A stretch of 63,363 bases of DNA, counting the filler, from Candidatus Woesearchaeota archaeon (GTDB lineage Archaea; Nanobdellota; Nanobdellia; Woesearchaeales; B72-G16), in the NCBI GenBank assembly GCA_003650545.1. It is 3 parts of 3 records of this genome, joined end to end, with 100 filler letters (N's around TTAATTAATTAA, not from the genome) between each part and the next. Parts side by side here need not be neighbours in the genome. Positions count along the whole stretch, not along the records: positions 1 to 24,321 come from QMQO01000021.1; positions 24,422 to 45,207 come from QMQO01000022.1; 1 more part is not named here. One strand, written 5' to 3'. Made by a program: the position numbers and the translations under genes. Below the pieces are notes generated by a model. It searched no databases. It saw nothing but the letters and a program-made list of their open reading frames with translations, and had not been told where the DNA came from. The first letter of the stretch is position 1. Each line of letters begins with the position of its first letter. This document shows, one piece after another, positions 19,556-28,912 of the stretch.

Positions 19556-19741
19556 AGGGTCCCCAACTAAACTTTCTTTTCAAGAACTTCCTGTTTGTAC
19601 TTTACAATTAACCAAACCATTACTTTATCAAAACACTTTTCATAAAGGTAGATTTCCTTTTTATTATCTTTAATACCGTAAAAATAACAGCGAATATCCG
19701 TCATAATCTCTAAATTTCATTTTTCATGAGATAGAATTTTA

Positions 19742-20008
19742 ATGTATTGTTTAATTTCTTTTAATTGTATGTCACTAGTTGAAAAGTTAATGAAAAAGTT
19801 TGATGAGTTAATCGAGGAAATGAAAAAAGAAATTGAAAAGGAGATTGATGAAATGTTTGATAAAGCGATAAATGAGCTTAAGCAATTAACGAAATCAACA
19901 ATTGAAAAAACAACACAGGAAATAATTTCGAAAGGAAAGATGTGGTTTACAGAATTTGTTGTTACAGACAGGGAAAAGAGGTTGAGGTATCACGAGGTTG
20001 AATGGTAA
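19742..20008 (+). CDS. hypothetical coiled-coil protein
   Basis: E/K-rich heptads. Confidence 0.45.
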   Translation: MYCLISFNCMSLVEKLMKKFDELIEEMKKEIEKEIDEMFDKAINELKQLTKSTIEKTTQEIISKGKMWFTEFVVTDREKRLRYHEVEW

Positions 20009-20088
20009 TTAAAAGCCTTCAACTAATGATGAACGCTCTAAATATGATTGGTGATTGTGGGACCTGCGTCTGATGTAGGTGAAACTTA

Positions 20089-20289
20089 GTGCCAATTTTC
20101 TTTTATTGTAAAAATTGTGGTCAAAAATTATTCCCAATCGATAAGTTAAAGGATGTTAGCATAATTGTTTCAGCTAGAGAGATAGCTGAATTTTACAATT
20201 TCAAATGCCCTAACTGTGGTAGTGAGTTATCTCCAAAACCCGTCAAGATAGTGTATAAACCGATAAAGTCTGTAAAAAGGAAAAGATAG
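20089..20289 (+). CDS. Zn-ribbon protein
   Basis: CKNC..CPNC. Confidence 0.6.
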   Translation: MPIFFYCKNCGQKLFPIDKLKDVSIIVSAREIAEFYNFKCPNCGSELSPKPVKIVYKPIKSVKRKR

Positions 20290-20338
20290 TTTTCCCTCAA
20301 AATCACTTTTTTATTTCACTTAAGCGTATTAATATGTC

Positions 20339-20752
20339 ATGAATAGAGAACGTATTTTAACTGAATATCGCTTTTACGAATATGTTAAATTGCAGGATAA
20401 GATTTTGCTGCTCGGTAAGATAATTGAGTTCTTACAGAAAAAGAAAATTCCATACAAGGTAATATTCAAGCACTACTTTGAAATAAATAAGCAATTTTTC
20501 AATGTTAAAATACCTTTTAGAATTAATGGAGCAAAGTTCCTCATAGAGTTTAATGCAGATTTTGTAACATTAATTTATGAGTACTGTAAATCCAGGGTTT
20601 GTGAGGTGATTAAGAGGGAACTTGATGAGATTGTCAAGTCTATAGAAGAGATAATTAGTATGTACGGTGAAAAAGCAATTCAATATGTTGAAGAGATTAA
20701 GATTGAGAAGAAAGAGGTTAAACTTATGAAGAGACCAGAAGTTGGAATTTAA
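20339..20752 (+). CDS. hypothetical protein
   Basis: 137-aa ORF. Confidence 0.5.
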   Translation: MNRERILTEYRFYEYVKLQDKILLLGKIIEFLQKKKIPYKVIFKHYFEINKQFFNVKIPFRINGAKFLIEFNADFVTLIYEYCKSRVCEVIKRELDEIVKSIEEIISMYGEKAIQYVEEIKIEKKEVKLMKRPEVGI

Positions 20753-20928
20753 TCCTCCCTCAATTTTTGTATTGTCTTTAACTCCATTTCATTTCCTTTA
20801 ACTTCATAAATCCTATGACATTTTCTACAATAAAAGTAGATCTTTCCTGATAGTGCATCCATTAGAACTTCCATATATGCAGCACAAAATGGGCAGTTTC
20901 TTGAGTATTTAAACTTCTGACTTCTCAT
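20749..20928 (-). CDS. 59-aa Zn-ribbon protein (not in ORF track)
   Basis: MRSQKFKYSRNCPFC...FYCRKC; ATGA overlap with upstream PAPS-reductase gene. Confidence 0.55.
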   Translation of the reverse strand: MRSQKFKYSRNCPFCAAYMEVLMDALSGKIYFYCRKCHRIYEVKGNEMELKTIQKLRED

Positions 20929-21794
20929 ATTGGAATTTCAAGGTTTGGAGCTTTAAGTATTTTCATCCACCTTTCCTTCACCTTTCTAGACTGTTCTTTC
21001 TTAGGTTCGATCTTAGATAGTTTCTCAAGTAAAAACCTTCTTATATCGTCGTGTCTTGCATGTTTTTGTATTGTTGATTTGTCTTTGAATGGACAGAAGA
21101 TGCAATTTAATGTATCTCCATATTCATCATACACCCTCTTTAATTCATTGTATAGTTCTGGTACTACAATTTTTAAGTAAGACCATATTTCACTTGTCGT
21201 ATATTCTAAAATTGGTATTGCAAAGTAGCCGTATGGTACCCACTCGTGGGACTGTATTGCTCCAGGCATTAACTTACCAACATACTCTTGATATCGAGAT
21301 TTTCTAAACTTACTATCAGACAGCTTTATGCCGGCAATCGTCACTATCTTTCTTTTTGGCCACTTCATCTCCTCAATAAACTCTCCCAGGTAGTTGAACT
21401 TCATTTTGTACATACACCATCTTGCTTTGTGGCAATACGGTATTTCTGCATGTCTTTGCATGTAAGTCCAAAAATCTTCTATTTCCCTATGCTCATGACA
21501 GTAACATCCAGGTTTTTTAATGTGAACAAACTTTTCCTTAACATCAAAGAAGTTGTTGTAATAGTCGATTATCTTGTGAACAAGCTCTACATTTAACTGG
21601 TGTGTATTTCCTGGAACTTCAATGTAGACAATAGCATCAATATTCTTTGGTCCTAAATACCTAAGACAAAGATCTAGTAAGAAGGTACTATCCTTTCCTC
21701 CAGAAATGTTTACAATAACCTTGAAATCCCTTTGTTTTTTCTTTAAGACTTCCCTAAAGGTTTCTATTGTTGATTGCTTGATAAGGATTGTCAT
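20925..21794 (-). CDS. PAPS reductase-family PP-loop ATPase (paralog of 17208-18071)
   Basis: NISGGKDS, GNT, EDFW, RWCMYKMK, GIKLSDS, CIFCPF. Confidence 0.8.
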   Translation of the reverse strand: MTILIKQSTIETFREVLKKKQRDFKVIVNISGGKDSTFLLDLCLRYLGPKNIDAIVYIEVPGNTHQLNVELVHKIIDYYNNFFDVKEKFVHIKKPGCYCHEHREIEDFWTYMQRHAEIPYCHKARWCMYKMKFNYLGEFIEEMKWPKRKIVTIAGIKLSDSKFRKSRYQEYVGKLMPGAIQSHEWVPYGYFAIPILEYTTSEIWSYLKIVVPELYNELKRVYDEYGDTLNCIFCPFKDKSTIQKHARHDDIRRFLLEKLSKIEPKKEQSRKVKERWMKILKAPNLEIPI

Positions 21795-21867
21795 TTTATA
21801 ACCTCATCCTTAAGGTATTGACTTGGGACGTTTATGTTGTGAGACATGGTTTCCCCCAGAAAGTAAT

Positions 21868-22200
21868 TTATACATCTTCAAAAAATTCCTCGTAAAGTCT
21901 ATTTGTTAGCTCGCTAATTTTATTCGATAGTTCATGTATTTTCTGGAGTACCTTATCTAGCTCTTCATCTACAGGTATTGCTTTATGTTTGTTCGATGTT
22001 AATCCCTCACCTGAAATAACAATAACCTTATCTCCAGCTATAAATGCCACGATTGGGTGTGGTGATTTAACTTCATACCTCTTAAGTACTTTCTGAAGGA
22101 ATTTTGTGTATAGTGGTTCAGGATCCAGAATTAACATGTGTTTCTTAGTCTTATGCATTTCACCAGTAAGAACATTACCATAAACAAACTCAGTAGTCAT
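21868..22200 (-). CDS. hypothetical protein
   Basis: 110-aa ORF. Confidence 0.5.
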   Translation of the reverse strand: MTTEFVYGNVLTGEMHKTKKHMLILDPEPLYTKFLQKVLKRYEVKSPHPIVAFIAGDKVIVISGEGLTSNKHKAIPVDEELDKVLQKIHELSNKISELTNRLYEEFFEDV

Positions 22201-22208
22201 CTCTTACT

Positions 22209-22604
22209 TCACCATTCATCTACTACTACATATATTTCATGATTGTAAACTTCAACCTTGAGTTTTTGATAGATCTTTTCGAGCCTTCCATGATATAACC
22301 ATCTATAGATGCCATCTGTAATTACTATTCTCCAGGGCTTGTAGATGAAGGCGAGGATGTTGTACTTAACATTGTAAGTATGAAAGACTTGGTGAAACCT
22401 CTTGAAGTATCTACACTTTATGTAGTCGAGAAGTAATATTGGTTTATACCTTAACATTGCTTCTGGAAAGATGCTTAGATGTTCCGACTTACAATATTCA
22501 TCTTTAGAGTATATGAAAACACTTTTGGCCTCGAAACCATCAAGAAGTTTCTTAAGTCTAGCAACATCTTTTAGTGTCTTGACATGGATTGTTATAATAC
22601 TCAA
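22209..22604 (-). CDS. hypothetical protein
   Basis: 131-aa ORF. Confidence 0.45.
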   Translation of the reverse strand: MSIITIHVKTLKDVARLKKLLDGFEAKSVFIYSKDEYCKSEHLSIFPEAMLRYKPILLLDYIKCRYFKRFHQVFHTYNVKYNILAFIYKPWRIVITDGIYRWLYHGRLEKIYQKLKVEVYNHEIYVVVDEW

Positions 22605-22670
22605 TTTTTCACCTTGTGGTGTATGTGTTGTTGTGTGTAATTGATGTCTTAGGTTTTATATTGGTAGTGT

Positions 22671-23498
22671 TTATTTATTAAAACAAAGACCTTGAAGTTC
22701 AATTACATGTGAATTTCTTACTGCTGGAAATTCTTCTTTCTTTCTCGTGTATTTTGGTAGGGACCACCCCAATACCTTAAATCTCCTACCAGATGTTGCT
22801 ACACATGTTTTTGTTGTAAATCTTACCTTACCGTTGAATTTCCTCCAAATCCTTGTTCCGTAGTCCCAATCCTCTTGTGTCACCAACTCTTCATTATATC
22901 CACCTATTGAGTAGTGAACAAACCTGTAAGTACAAATTGCTCTTCCTGATGTTAGCCAGGGTGTGAAAATACCTTTACTTAAATGTGATAGTAGAAAGAC
23001 AATCTTATCTATTGTAAGACAGTCGTAGAGGACGTTTAGACAGTGTGTACAAACTACATCTGAATTTTCTAGTTCGTTTACAAGTACTTCAACTGTATTG
23101 TGTTTGAAAATGCAATCTGCGTCAGTCCTAATTATTATTTTTCCTGTAGATGCATCTACTGCTTTATTACATGCATATGCAATCCCTGGTCTGTCAATAC
23201 TCAATACTTTAAACCCAAACTCACGAACTATATCTTCCGTCTTTGGTGAGTTGTAGCATGCTACTACAACCTCGATATTGTCATACGTTTGATTTTCAAT
23301 TGATTTTAAGAGGTTTGAAATATACATTTCCTCTCTAAAAGCTGGAATTACTATGCTAACCTTTGGGCCAGTTACTTTGTAAGGTGGCTTCTCTCTTATC
23401 GTTCTCATACACTCCTCTACTAAAACATCATTGTATACAATCAATGTTGATAATACACTCGTCGGTAGTGAACCTGCTAGGAAATGTACTAACCTCAT
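22671..23498 (-). CDS. GT2 glycosyltransferase
   Basis: SIVIPAFREE, NQTY, TDAD, GGYNE, QEDWD. Confidence 0.85.
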   Translation of the reverse strand: MRLVHFLAGSLPTSVLSTLIVYNDVLVEECMRTIREKPPYKVTGPKVSIVIPAFREEMYISNLLKSIENQTYDNIEVVVACYNSPKTEDIVREFGFKVLSIDRPGIAYACNKAVDASTGKIIIRTDADCIFKHNTVEVLVNELENSDVVCTHCLNVLYDCLTIDKIVFLLSHLSKGIFTPWLTSGRAICTYRFVHYSIGGYNEELVTQEDWDYGTRIWRKFNGKVRFTTKTCVATSGRRFKVLGWSLPKYTRKKEEFPAVRNSHVIELQGLCFNK

Positions 23499-23944
23499 CT
23501 TCTCCTAATTTTAACAAAGAACATTCCTCGAAATAACTCTTCCTCTACAACCCCATCATCGATCAATTTCCTATAGTATATTTCATAGTTTTCACCAACA
23601 ACATCCTTTAAGAAGTCTATAATCATTGTCTTTGGTATTATATCATCACCAAACTTTTCATACAACCTCTTCTTAACCTCTTCATAAACCTCCTTGAAAT
23701 TTGCTAAACTTTTAGATACATGCTTGTGAGCTTCAATTGCTGCTTCAACTCTTTTCTTTGGTTTTACATAGAATTTTCCTGTATTGATGTCGTACTCCCA
23801 ATCAAGTACGTCCCTTGTTTTTTCATATAATGCTAAGATGAAGTCAAGGTCTAGGCTAGACCTTTCAGTCCTTATTACCTCATCTAGTGCAATCCTACCT
23901 CTTACACTTTCAACCAACTTTTTAACAATATTCTCAATCAACAT
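23495..23944 (-). CDS. hypothetical protein (possible C-terminal wHTH)
   Basis: KLIDDGVVEE wing-like end. Confidence 0.45.
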   Translation of the reverse strand: MLIENIVKKLVESVRGRIALDEVIRTERSSLDLDFILALYEKTRDVLDWEYDINTGKFYVKPKKRVEAAIEAHKHVSKSLANFKEVYEEVKKRLYEKFGDDIIPKTMIIDFLKDVVGENYEIYYRKLIDDGVVEEELFRGMFFVKIRRR

Positions 23945-24318
23945 ATGATAGGTATTTTATCTAGGAGTTTTAAACAGGAATCTACATCTAGTTTAACATC
24001 ATCACTAATGTTTTTTGTCATGAGTTTTTCAAAAAGTCTTTTGAGTATGCTTCTCTCACCCCAAATCCTGATTCTACCACCTATCATCCAAATCACAAGG
24101 TTTGGCCAAGCCTTTACGTTTAACACTAATTCACCTCTATTGTCTTTAAGTTCAAGTTCTATCATTGGTTTTCCAACTTCTTCCCTTATCACATCTATTA
24201 GATGTGGGTAAACTGATGTTATTGCAATGTACTTACCACGCTCTTCAAAGTATAGAACATCCTTGATAATTTTAAGGATGTTTAATGCTGTAAAATACTC
24301 ACTATCTCCATAACCCAT
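23938..24318 (-). CDS. hypothetical protein (may be 5' truncated)
   Basis: ORF at contig edge. Confidence 0.4.
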   Translation of the reverse strand: MGYGDSEYFTALNILKIIKDVLYFEERGKYIAITSVYPHLIDVIREEVGKPMIELELKDNRGELVLNVKAWPNLVIWMIGGRIRIWGERSILKRLFEKLMTKNISDDVKLDVDSCLKLLDKIPIIC

Positions 24319-24321
24319 ACA

Positions 24322-24421
24322 NNNNNNNNNNNNNNNNNNNNNNNNNNNNNNNNNNNNNNNNNNNNTTAATTAATTAANNNNNNNNNNNNNNNNNNNNNNN
24401 NNNNNNNNNNNNNNNNNNNNN
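24322..24421. other. artificial contig spacer
   Basis: N-run flanking TTAATTAATTAA (stops in six frames). Confidence 0.97.
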
Positions 24422-24423
24422 AA

Positions 24424-24696
24424 GAAATAGAAAATAAAAATATAAATATAAAAATTATCAGTTGGATTAAAAGAGGGAAACAAAGAAGAAATATTATAAA
24501 ATATATCAAAGAAGAGGATACGCCATCTGAAATAGCAAACAAATCTGGCTATTCTTTAAATAACACTAGCAGAGTTTTAAATGAGTTTAAAAAAATTGGA
24601 ATAGTGCGATGCTTAAATCCTAAAGAAAAAACAGGGAGACTGTATAAACTTACAAAAAAAGGAAAATTAATTAGAGATAAACTAAGTAAAACATAA
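24424..24696 (+). CDS. winged-HTH transcription regulator, 5' truncated (not in ORF track)
   Basis: TPSEIANKSGYSLNNTSRVLNEFKKIGIVRC...GRLYKLTKKG. Confidence 0.75.
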   Translation, partial: EIENKNINIKIISWIKRGKQRRNIIKYIKEEDTPSEIANKSGYSLNNTSRVLNEFKKIGIVRCLNPKEKTGRLYKLTKKGKLIRDKLSKT

Positions 24697-25359
24697 ATTC
24701 TTTTCTTTAAAACTGAAATAAAAATTGCTTCCTATGATAACATGATCTAAAACTGTTATTCCTAGAATCTCTCCTGCGCTTATCATCTGTTTTGTGATGT
24801 TTATATCATCGTCGCTAGGTGAGGGGTCGCCTGATGGATGATTATGCAAGAGTATGACAGCAGCTGCAGAGAGTGCGATAGCTGGCTGAAAAATCTCTCT
24901 TGGATGAACAATGCTCATGTCAAGAGTACCAATGGAAATGGTCTCTTCTTTAATAAGACAATTTCTTGAATTTATATATAAACATTTAAAATGTTCTTTT
25001 TTTAGATTTCTTATGCGATTTTTAAATAGACGAAAAACATCGTCTGCTGAATCTAATCTCTGCTGTGGATTTTCTTTGAATGATGCTAATCTTTTTGCTA
25101 ATTCAAAACATGCAACTATCTGACAGGCTTTTACACTGCCAATGCCTTTTATCCTTTTTAATTCATGTACTTGCTTATTTGATAAACATAAAAGTGTGTT
25201 TTCTTTTAAAATTTTATTTGCAAGAGTGATTATGTTATTTCTTTTTGTTCCATTATTTAATAGAATTGCTAACAGCTCTGAATTACTTAGAGCCATAGCA
25301 CCATGCCTTAATAGACGCTCTCTTGGACGGTTCTCTGAAGCAATGTCTTTTATTAGCAT
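24682..25359 (-). CDS. radC: RadC/JAB domain protein
   Basis: RPRERL, ELLAILL, VHPREIF, HNHPSGDPSPS..D, LDHVII. Confidence 0.93.
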   Translation of the reverse strand: MLIKDIASENRPRERLLRHGAMALSNSELLAILLNNGTKRNNIITLANKILKENTLLCLSNKQVHELKRIKGIGSVKACQIVACFELAKRLASFKENPQQRLDSADDVFRLFKNRIRNLKKEHFKCLYINSRNCLIKEETISIGTLDMSIVHPREIFQPAIALSAAAVILLHNHPSGDPSPSDDDINITKQMISAGEILGITVLDHVIIGSNFYFSFKEKNLCFT

Positions 25360-25547
25360 GTTTGTTATATAACTAATAATTCTTTTTAAAATTTATGTGT
25401 AGATGTCTAGTGTCCAATGAAAACATTTTTTAGAAATATATATTTATTACATTTGTTATAATTTTTTTAAATTATTATTTATAATTTTTTTAAATTAATA
25501 TAATTATCTTAATATCTATATTTTATTTAATATCTATATTTTAATTT

Positions 25548-26123
25548 TTATCTTGCTTCAATAACCTCGTCTATCTCTTCTAGATGAATTAGTTCTTCTA
25601 AGTTTTCAAGGCCATCATCCCACAATCGAATGAGCTCTTTTCTTTTATCACTCGGAAGCTGCTCTATTGCTTCTCGGGCACGCCAGCCATTATACCATTC
25701 TGGATTTCTTACGATGTCTTTTATCGGTTTATATGTATAAGATGTGTAAAAACATGTTTTTATAAACCTCTTTAATCTTGATGAATGTAAAAATGATTCT
25801 AGTTTGTTCTCTTTGAAATTTGTAAAACTGATATCCTTATACGCGCCACCCATCCACATCTTGTGGACAAACATCAGTGGCATAGGATTCACAATTGGAT
25901 TGAGGATTCCAGATACTATATCTAGTAGATATTCGTCAAGTAATGATCTATTTTCTTGATCGCAATACCAATCTTTGCATGCTTTTGGTTTATTGGAATG
26001 GATGTCACAGATAGCTAATCCATCTTCAGCATTTAAATGTTTACACACGGTGTGTTGCTCTGTTATGTTCTTCACATCATAGTATATACAACAAATTCCA
26101 CATTGTTTACAATAATTTCCCAT
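25548..26123 (-). CDS. YkgJ-like CxxCxxCC cysteine-cluster protein
   Basis: CKQCGICC...C..L...C.IH..KPKAC. Confidence 0.65.
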   Translation of the reverse strand: MGNYCKQCGICCIYYDVKNITEQHTVCKHLNAEDGLAICDIHSNKPKACKDWYCDQENRSLLDEYLLDIVSGILNPIVNPMPLMFVHKMWMGGAYKDISFTNFKENKLESFLHSSRLKRFIKTCFYTSYTYKPIKDIVRNPEWYNGWRAREAIEQLPSDKRKELIRLWDDGLENLEELIHLEEIDEVIEAR

Positions 26124-26262
26124 AGCTCTATTAGAGAGTGGTGCTATTAATAAATCTTTCTATTCTTTCTATAATTCTGAGGATGGGCTCAAGACCCTTA
26201 AACCCGAAAATTTTAAATAAAGAAGTAAAATCAGTAATATCATCAAACACGAGGTGATTTAT

Positions 26263-26436
26263 ATGGCATCTGATCTAATTGTGGTTAAAAGTAAAATAAA
26301 AGAGATGGTTGGGGAATATAATGTTTCTTCTGATTTTGTTGCTGCACTCGATGCAAAGACAAAACAATTGTTAAATGACGCTCTTGAGCGAATGAAAGCT
26401 AACGGTAGGAGAACTGTCATGGGAAAGGATGTTTAA
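26263..26436 (+). CDS. small histone-fold protein (DUF1931-like)
   Basis: VVKSKIKE...VSSDF..AL...A..R.KANGRRTVMGKDV; GAGGTGA SD. Confidence 0.75.
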   Translation: MASDLIVVKSKIKEMVGEYNVSSDFVAALDAKTKQLLNDALERMKANGRRTVMGKDV

Positions 26437-26607
26437 ATTTTTATTTGTGGCTTGTTATTAGCTGACGGACTGATAAAAATTTAGCTGAACACATCTGTAA
26501 CTTTTGATCTTATATCAGATGTTGTTTTGTTTGTTTGGATTTTTATTGTTTTGTTTACTCCTTTCCAATTGAGAATTAGTTTTTTGTCTTTTTATTTGAC
26601 TTCTTTT

Positions 26608-28119
26608 TTACTTTTTTCTTAATGTTCTTTTTTTCTTTTTGGATACCTTCTTAATCTTAGTAACTTCTTTCTTTTTCTTGAGTTCTTTAGTTTCTTTTTT
26701 TGTCGTTTGTGTTTGTTTTTCTTGCTGAGGTACTTTTTCTCGTTCTTTTCTAACTGGCTTTAATGGTTCTAGTGGCTTTAGTGGTTTAAATTTAAATGGT
26801 TTAAACTGAGACCTAATTTCAGGTTCTGGTTCTTCTTTCATTGGTTTTGATATAGAGGATAGTTTTGGCTCTTCTTCTGTTGACCATAATGGTTTTAATT
26901 TTGGTAATGGTTTCTCTTTTGCTCTCATTGTTTCCAGCTCAAGGTCTAATTTTTTATGGATTTTTGGTTTAAAATGGAACAAACGTGCGAAGAATCCTAG
27001 TTTTTCAGAAGGCTTTTCAATCTGCGGTAATGGAAATATTGGCTTTTTAACCTTTACCTTCTTTAATTTTGGCAATATAGGTAATTCTTTTTCTTTTGAT
27101 ATAGGCATGATCTTTTCTTTAATTTTTCTTTGTTTTATTAATGGCTCTGGCGCTTCCAACAAGTGTTCTGGTTCTGCTGCGAGGGTCTTTTTACGTCTAA
27201 ATATAAGCTTTTTTTCTTTTTTTGGTTTTATTTTCTTCTTTAGCTCTTTTTTAAGGTATGGTTTTGGAACAAACTCTTCTAACGGGCGTAGAGTTGGATG
27301 TTCGCCCATTGTAGGCTCTGGTGTTTTTAGCAAATCGTAATCAAAGAACTTAGATGGTTTTTCTTTTTTGATTATAGGAATTTCTTCCATTTTTTTTAGA
27401 ATTGGTGTTGGTCCTGGTGAAGTAGGAATAGGTCTAACAGGACGTTCTCTTGCACTTAATATGTCGGTTGGAATCGGTATTTTTTCTTTCTCAGGTCTGA
27501 CTGCTGTGATCTTGGCTAATGCTGATTTTTGTTTTAGTTCATAGATCTTCTTAGCTATTGCTTCTAAACGAGCATGATCAGCGTCTTCTCTTGCTTGATA
27601 GTCCTGATAGAGTTCTTCTAGCCTCTCTATCTGATGTTCTATCTTGAAGATTTCGTCTAGATTGACGCGCTGGCTTCTTGTTACTTTTTCTTCTAATTCT
27701 CTAACGCGACGATCATGAGCTGTCTGTTGTTCAAAAAACCGGTCAAACTTTGTTGTGAGTTTTAGCATCTGCTCTTCTAGGCGGTCCATTCTTCTTTGCT
27801 CACGTAGAGAAGCCTCAATCAAATCTAGTTTTTCTTCAAATTCATCTATCTTGTTATAGATATCCTGTTGCTTTATCTGAGTAAGAAGTTGTCCATCTTC
27901 TATTCTTTTTTCTTCATCAATGATAAACTTTATCTGTTGTTCTAACTTTAGAAGTTCTTTTTGAATATCAACCTTTTTTGTTTTTTTGCTACGAGCAGCA
28001 GTCTTTATTTTTTTTAACTGCTTGCGAATTTCGCTTTTCACCTGTTTTGCTTCTTGGAGTGATTGTTGTGCTTTGGCAATGTGCGTCAGAAAGCGTTGAG
28101 CAGCTCTTATTTCTTGCAT
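26608..28119 (-). CDS. coiled-coil / Lys-Pro-rich hypothetical protein
   Basis: 503-aa ORF with low-complexity C-terminal half. Confidence 0.6.
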   Translation of the reverse strand: MQEIRAAQRFLTHIAKAQQSLQEAKQVKSEIRKQLKKIKTAARSKKTKKVDIQKELLKLEQQIKFIIDEEKRIEDGQLLTQIKQQDIYNKIDEFEEKLDLIEASLREQRRMDRLEEQMLKLTTKFDRFFEQQTAHDRRVRELEEKVTRSQRVNLDEIFKIEHQIERLEELYQDYQAREDADHARLEAIAKKIYELKQKSALAKITAVRPEKEKIPIPTDILSARERPVRPIPTSPGPTPILKKMEEIPIIKKEKPSKFFDYDLLKTPEPTMGEHPTLRPLEEFVPKPYLKKELKKKIKPKKEKKLIFRRKKTLAAEPEHLLEAPEPLIKQRKIKEKIMPISKEKELPILPKLKKVKVKKPIFPLPQIEKPSEKLGFFARLFHFKPKIHKKLDLELETMRAKEKPLPKLKPLWSTEEEPKLSSISKPMKEEPEPEIRSQFKPFKFKPLKPLEPLKPVRKEREKVPQQEKQTQTTKKETKELKKKKEVTKIKKVSKKKKRTLRKK

Positions 28120-28121
28120 TT

Positions 28122-28736
28122 TTATTTAAAAGCCTCAAACAAGCTTCTTTTCTTTTTTGGAGGAAGAGGCATTCCTGGTGGTGGCATTTGTTTTGGCGGT
28201 TGTGCTTGTGACGGAGGCATTGGAGGTGGAGAGGGCGGAGGAACTGGTTTTGTGGGTTGCGATATCTGTGATGTTTCTGGTCTTTCGGGAAATGTTGGTT
28301 GCGCCATTGGAATGTAGGTTGGTGTTTTTTTGCTTGCTTTTATTTCATCAATAGCTTTTTTTAATTCTTCTTGTTGTTTTTTTGCATCTGCCACAAAACC
28401 ATTTACTAAATCAACAACAGTTAAAATTGCGTTAGCTATTTTGTGATTTTGATCTATAACTGTGTCAAGCTTGTTTGCAATAGGCTCTAATTGTTTGGCA
28501 ATGTCCTCTCCAAGATCTTCTTCTTTCATCTCTTCTACAGCAGCTTTGAAGAGTTTATTCATTTCTTGTATGGAATCTGCTAATTCTTCCATCGACACAG
28601 ACATTGCAGAAGTAGGAACCTGGCTGCGTAAACGTGCGATCTCTTCGCGCATTTTAGCAAGCTCTGAATGAGACATTAACTCGTAATCCTTCTCTTTTTT
28701 CATAGTACCACCTTTTAGCAATCTTGTTAAATGCAA
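28122..28736 (-). CDS. coiled-coil protein with Pro-rich tail
   Basis: heptads then PPPSPPPMPP. Confidence 0.6.
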   Translation of the reverse strand: MHLTRLLKGGTMKKEKDYELMSHSELAKMREEIARLRSQVPTSAMSVSMEELADSIQEMNKLFKAAVEEMKEEDLGEDIAKQLEPIANKLDTVIDQNHKIANAILTVVDLVNGFVADAKKQQEELKKAIDEIKASKKTPTYIPMAQPTFPERPETSQISQPTKPVPPPSPPPMPPSQAQPPKQMPPPGMPLPPKKKRSLFEAFK

Positions 28737-28912
28737 TGATTGATTTATTTATAAAGTTTTTGGATTATTTATTAAGAAATAGGAGCATTTTTAGGGGGTG
28801 AAAAAAAATCAGTTCGTAGCTACATGTTTCATACAAAATGTTTCATTACAAAATTTAAATTAAAAAAATCAATAGAATAATTCTTCATATCAAATAAAAA
28901 CAATTCAACTCA

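Larger units (their letters stand above)
1..24321. mobile_element. Contig 1: probable archaeal virus / mobile element fragment
   Basis: AT-rich, dense ORFans, GT2/GT4 glycosyltransferases, TGT-like genes, many Zn ribbons, XPD helicase, resolvase, no housekeeping genes; no capsid or polymerase recognised. Confidence 0.6.

Noticed and set aside
24322..24421. TTAATTAATTAA palindrome in N-runs (also 45252-45263)
   Set aside because: Artificial concatenation spacer; genes across it are not linked
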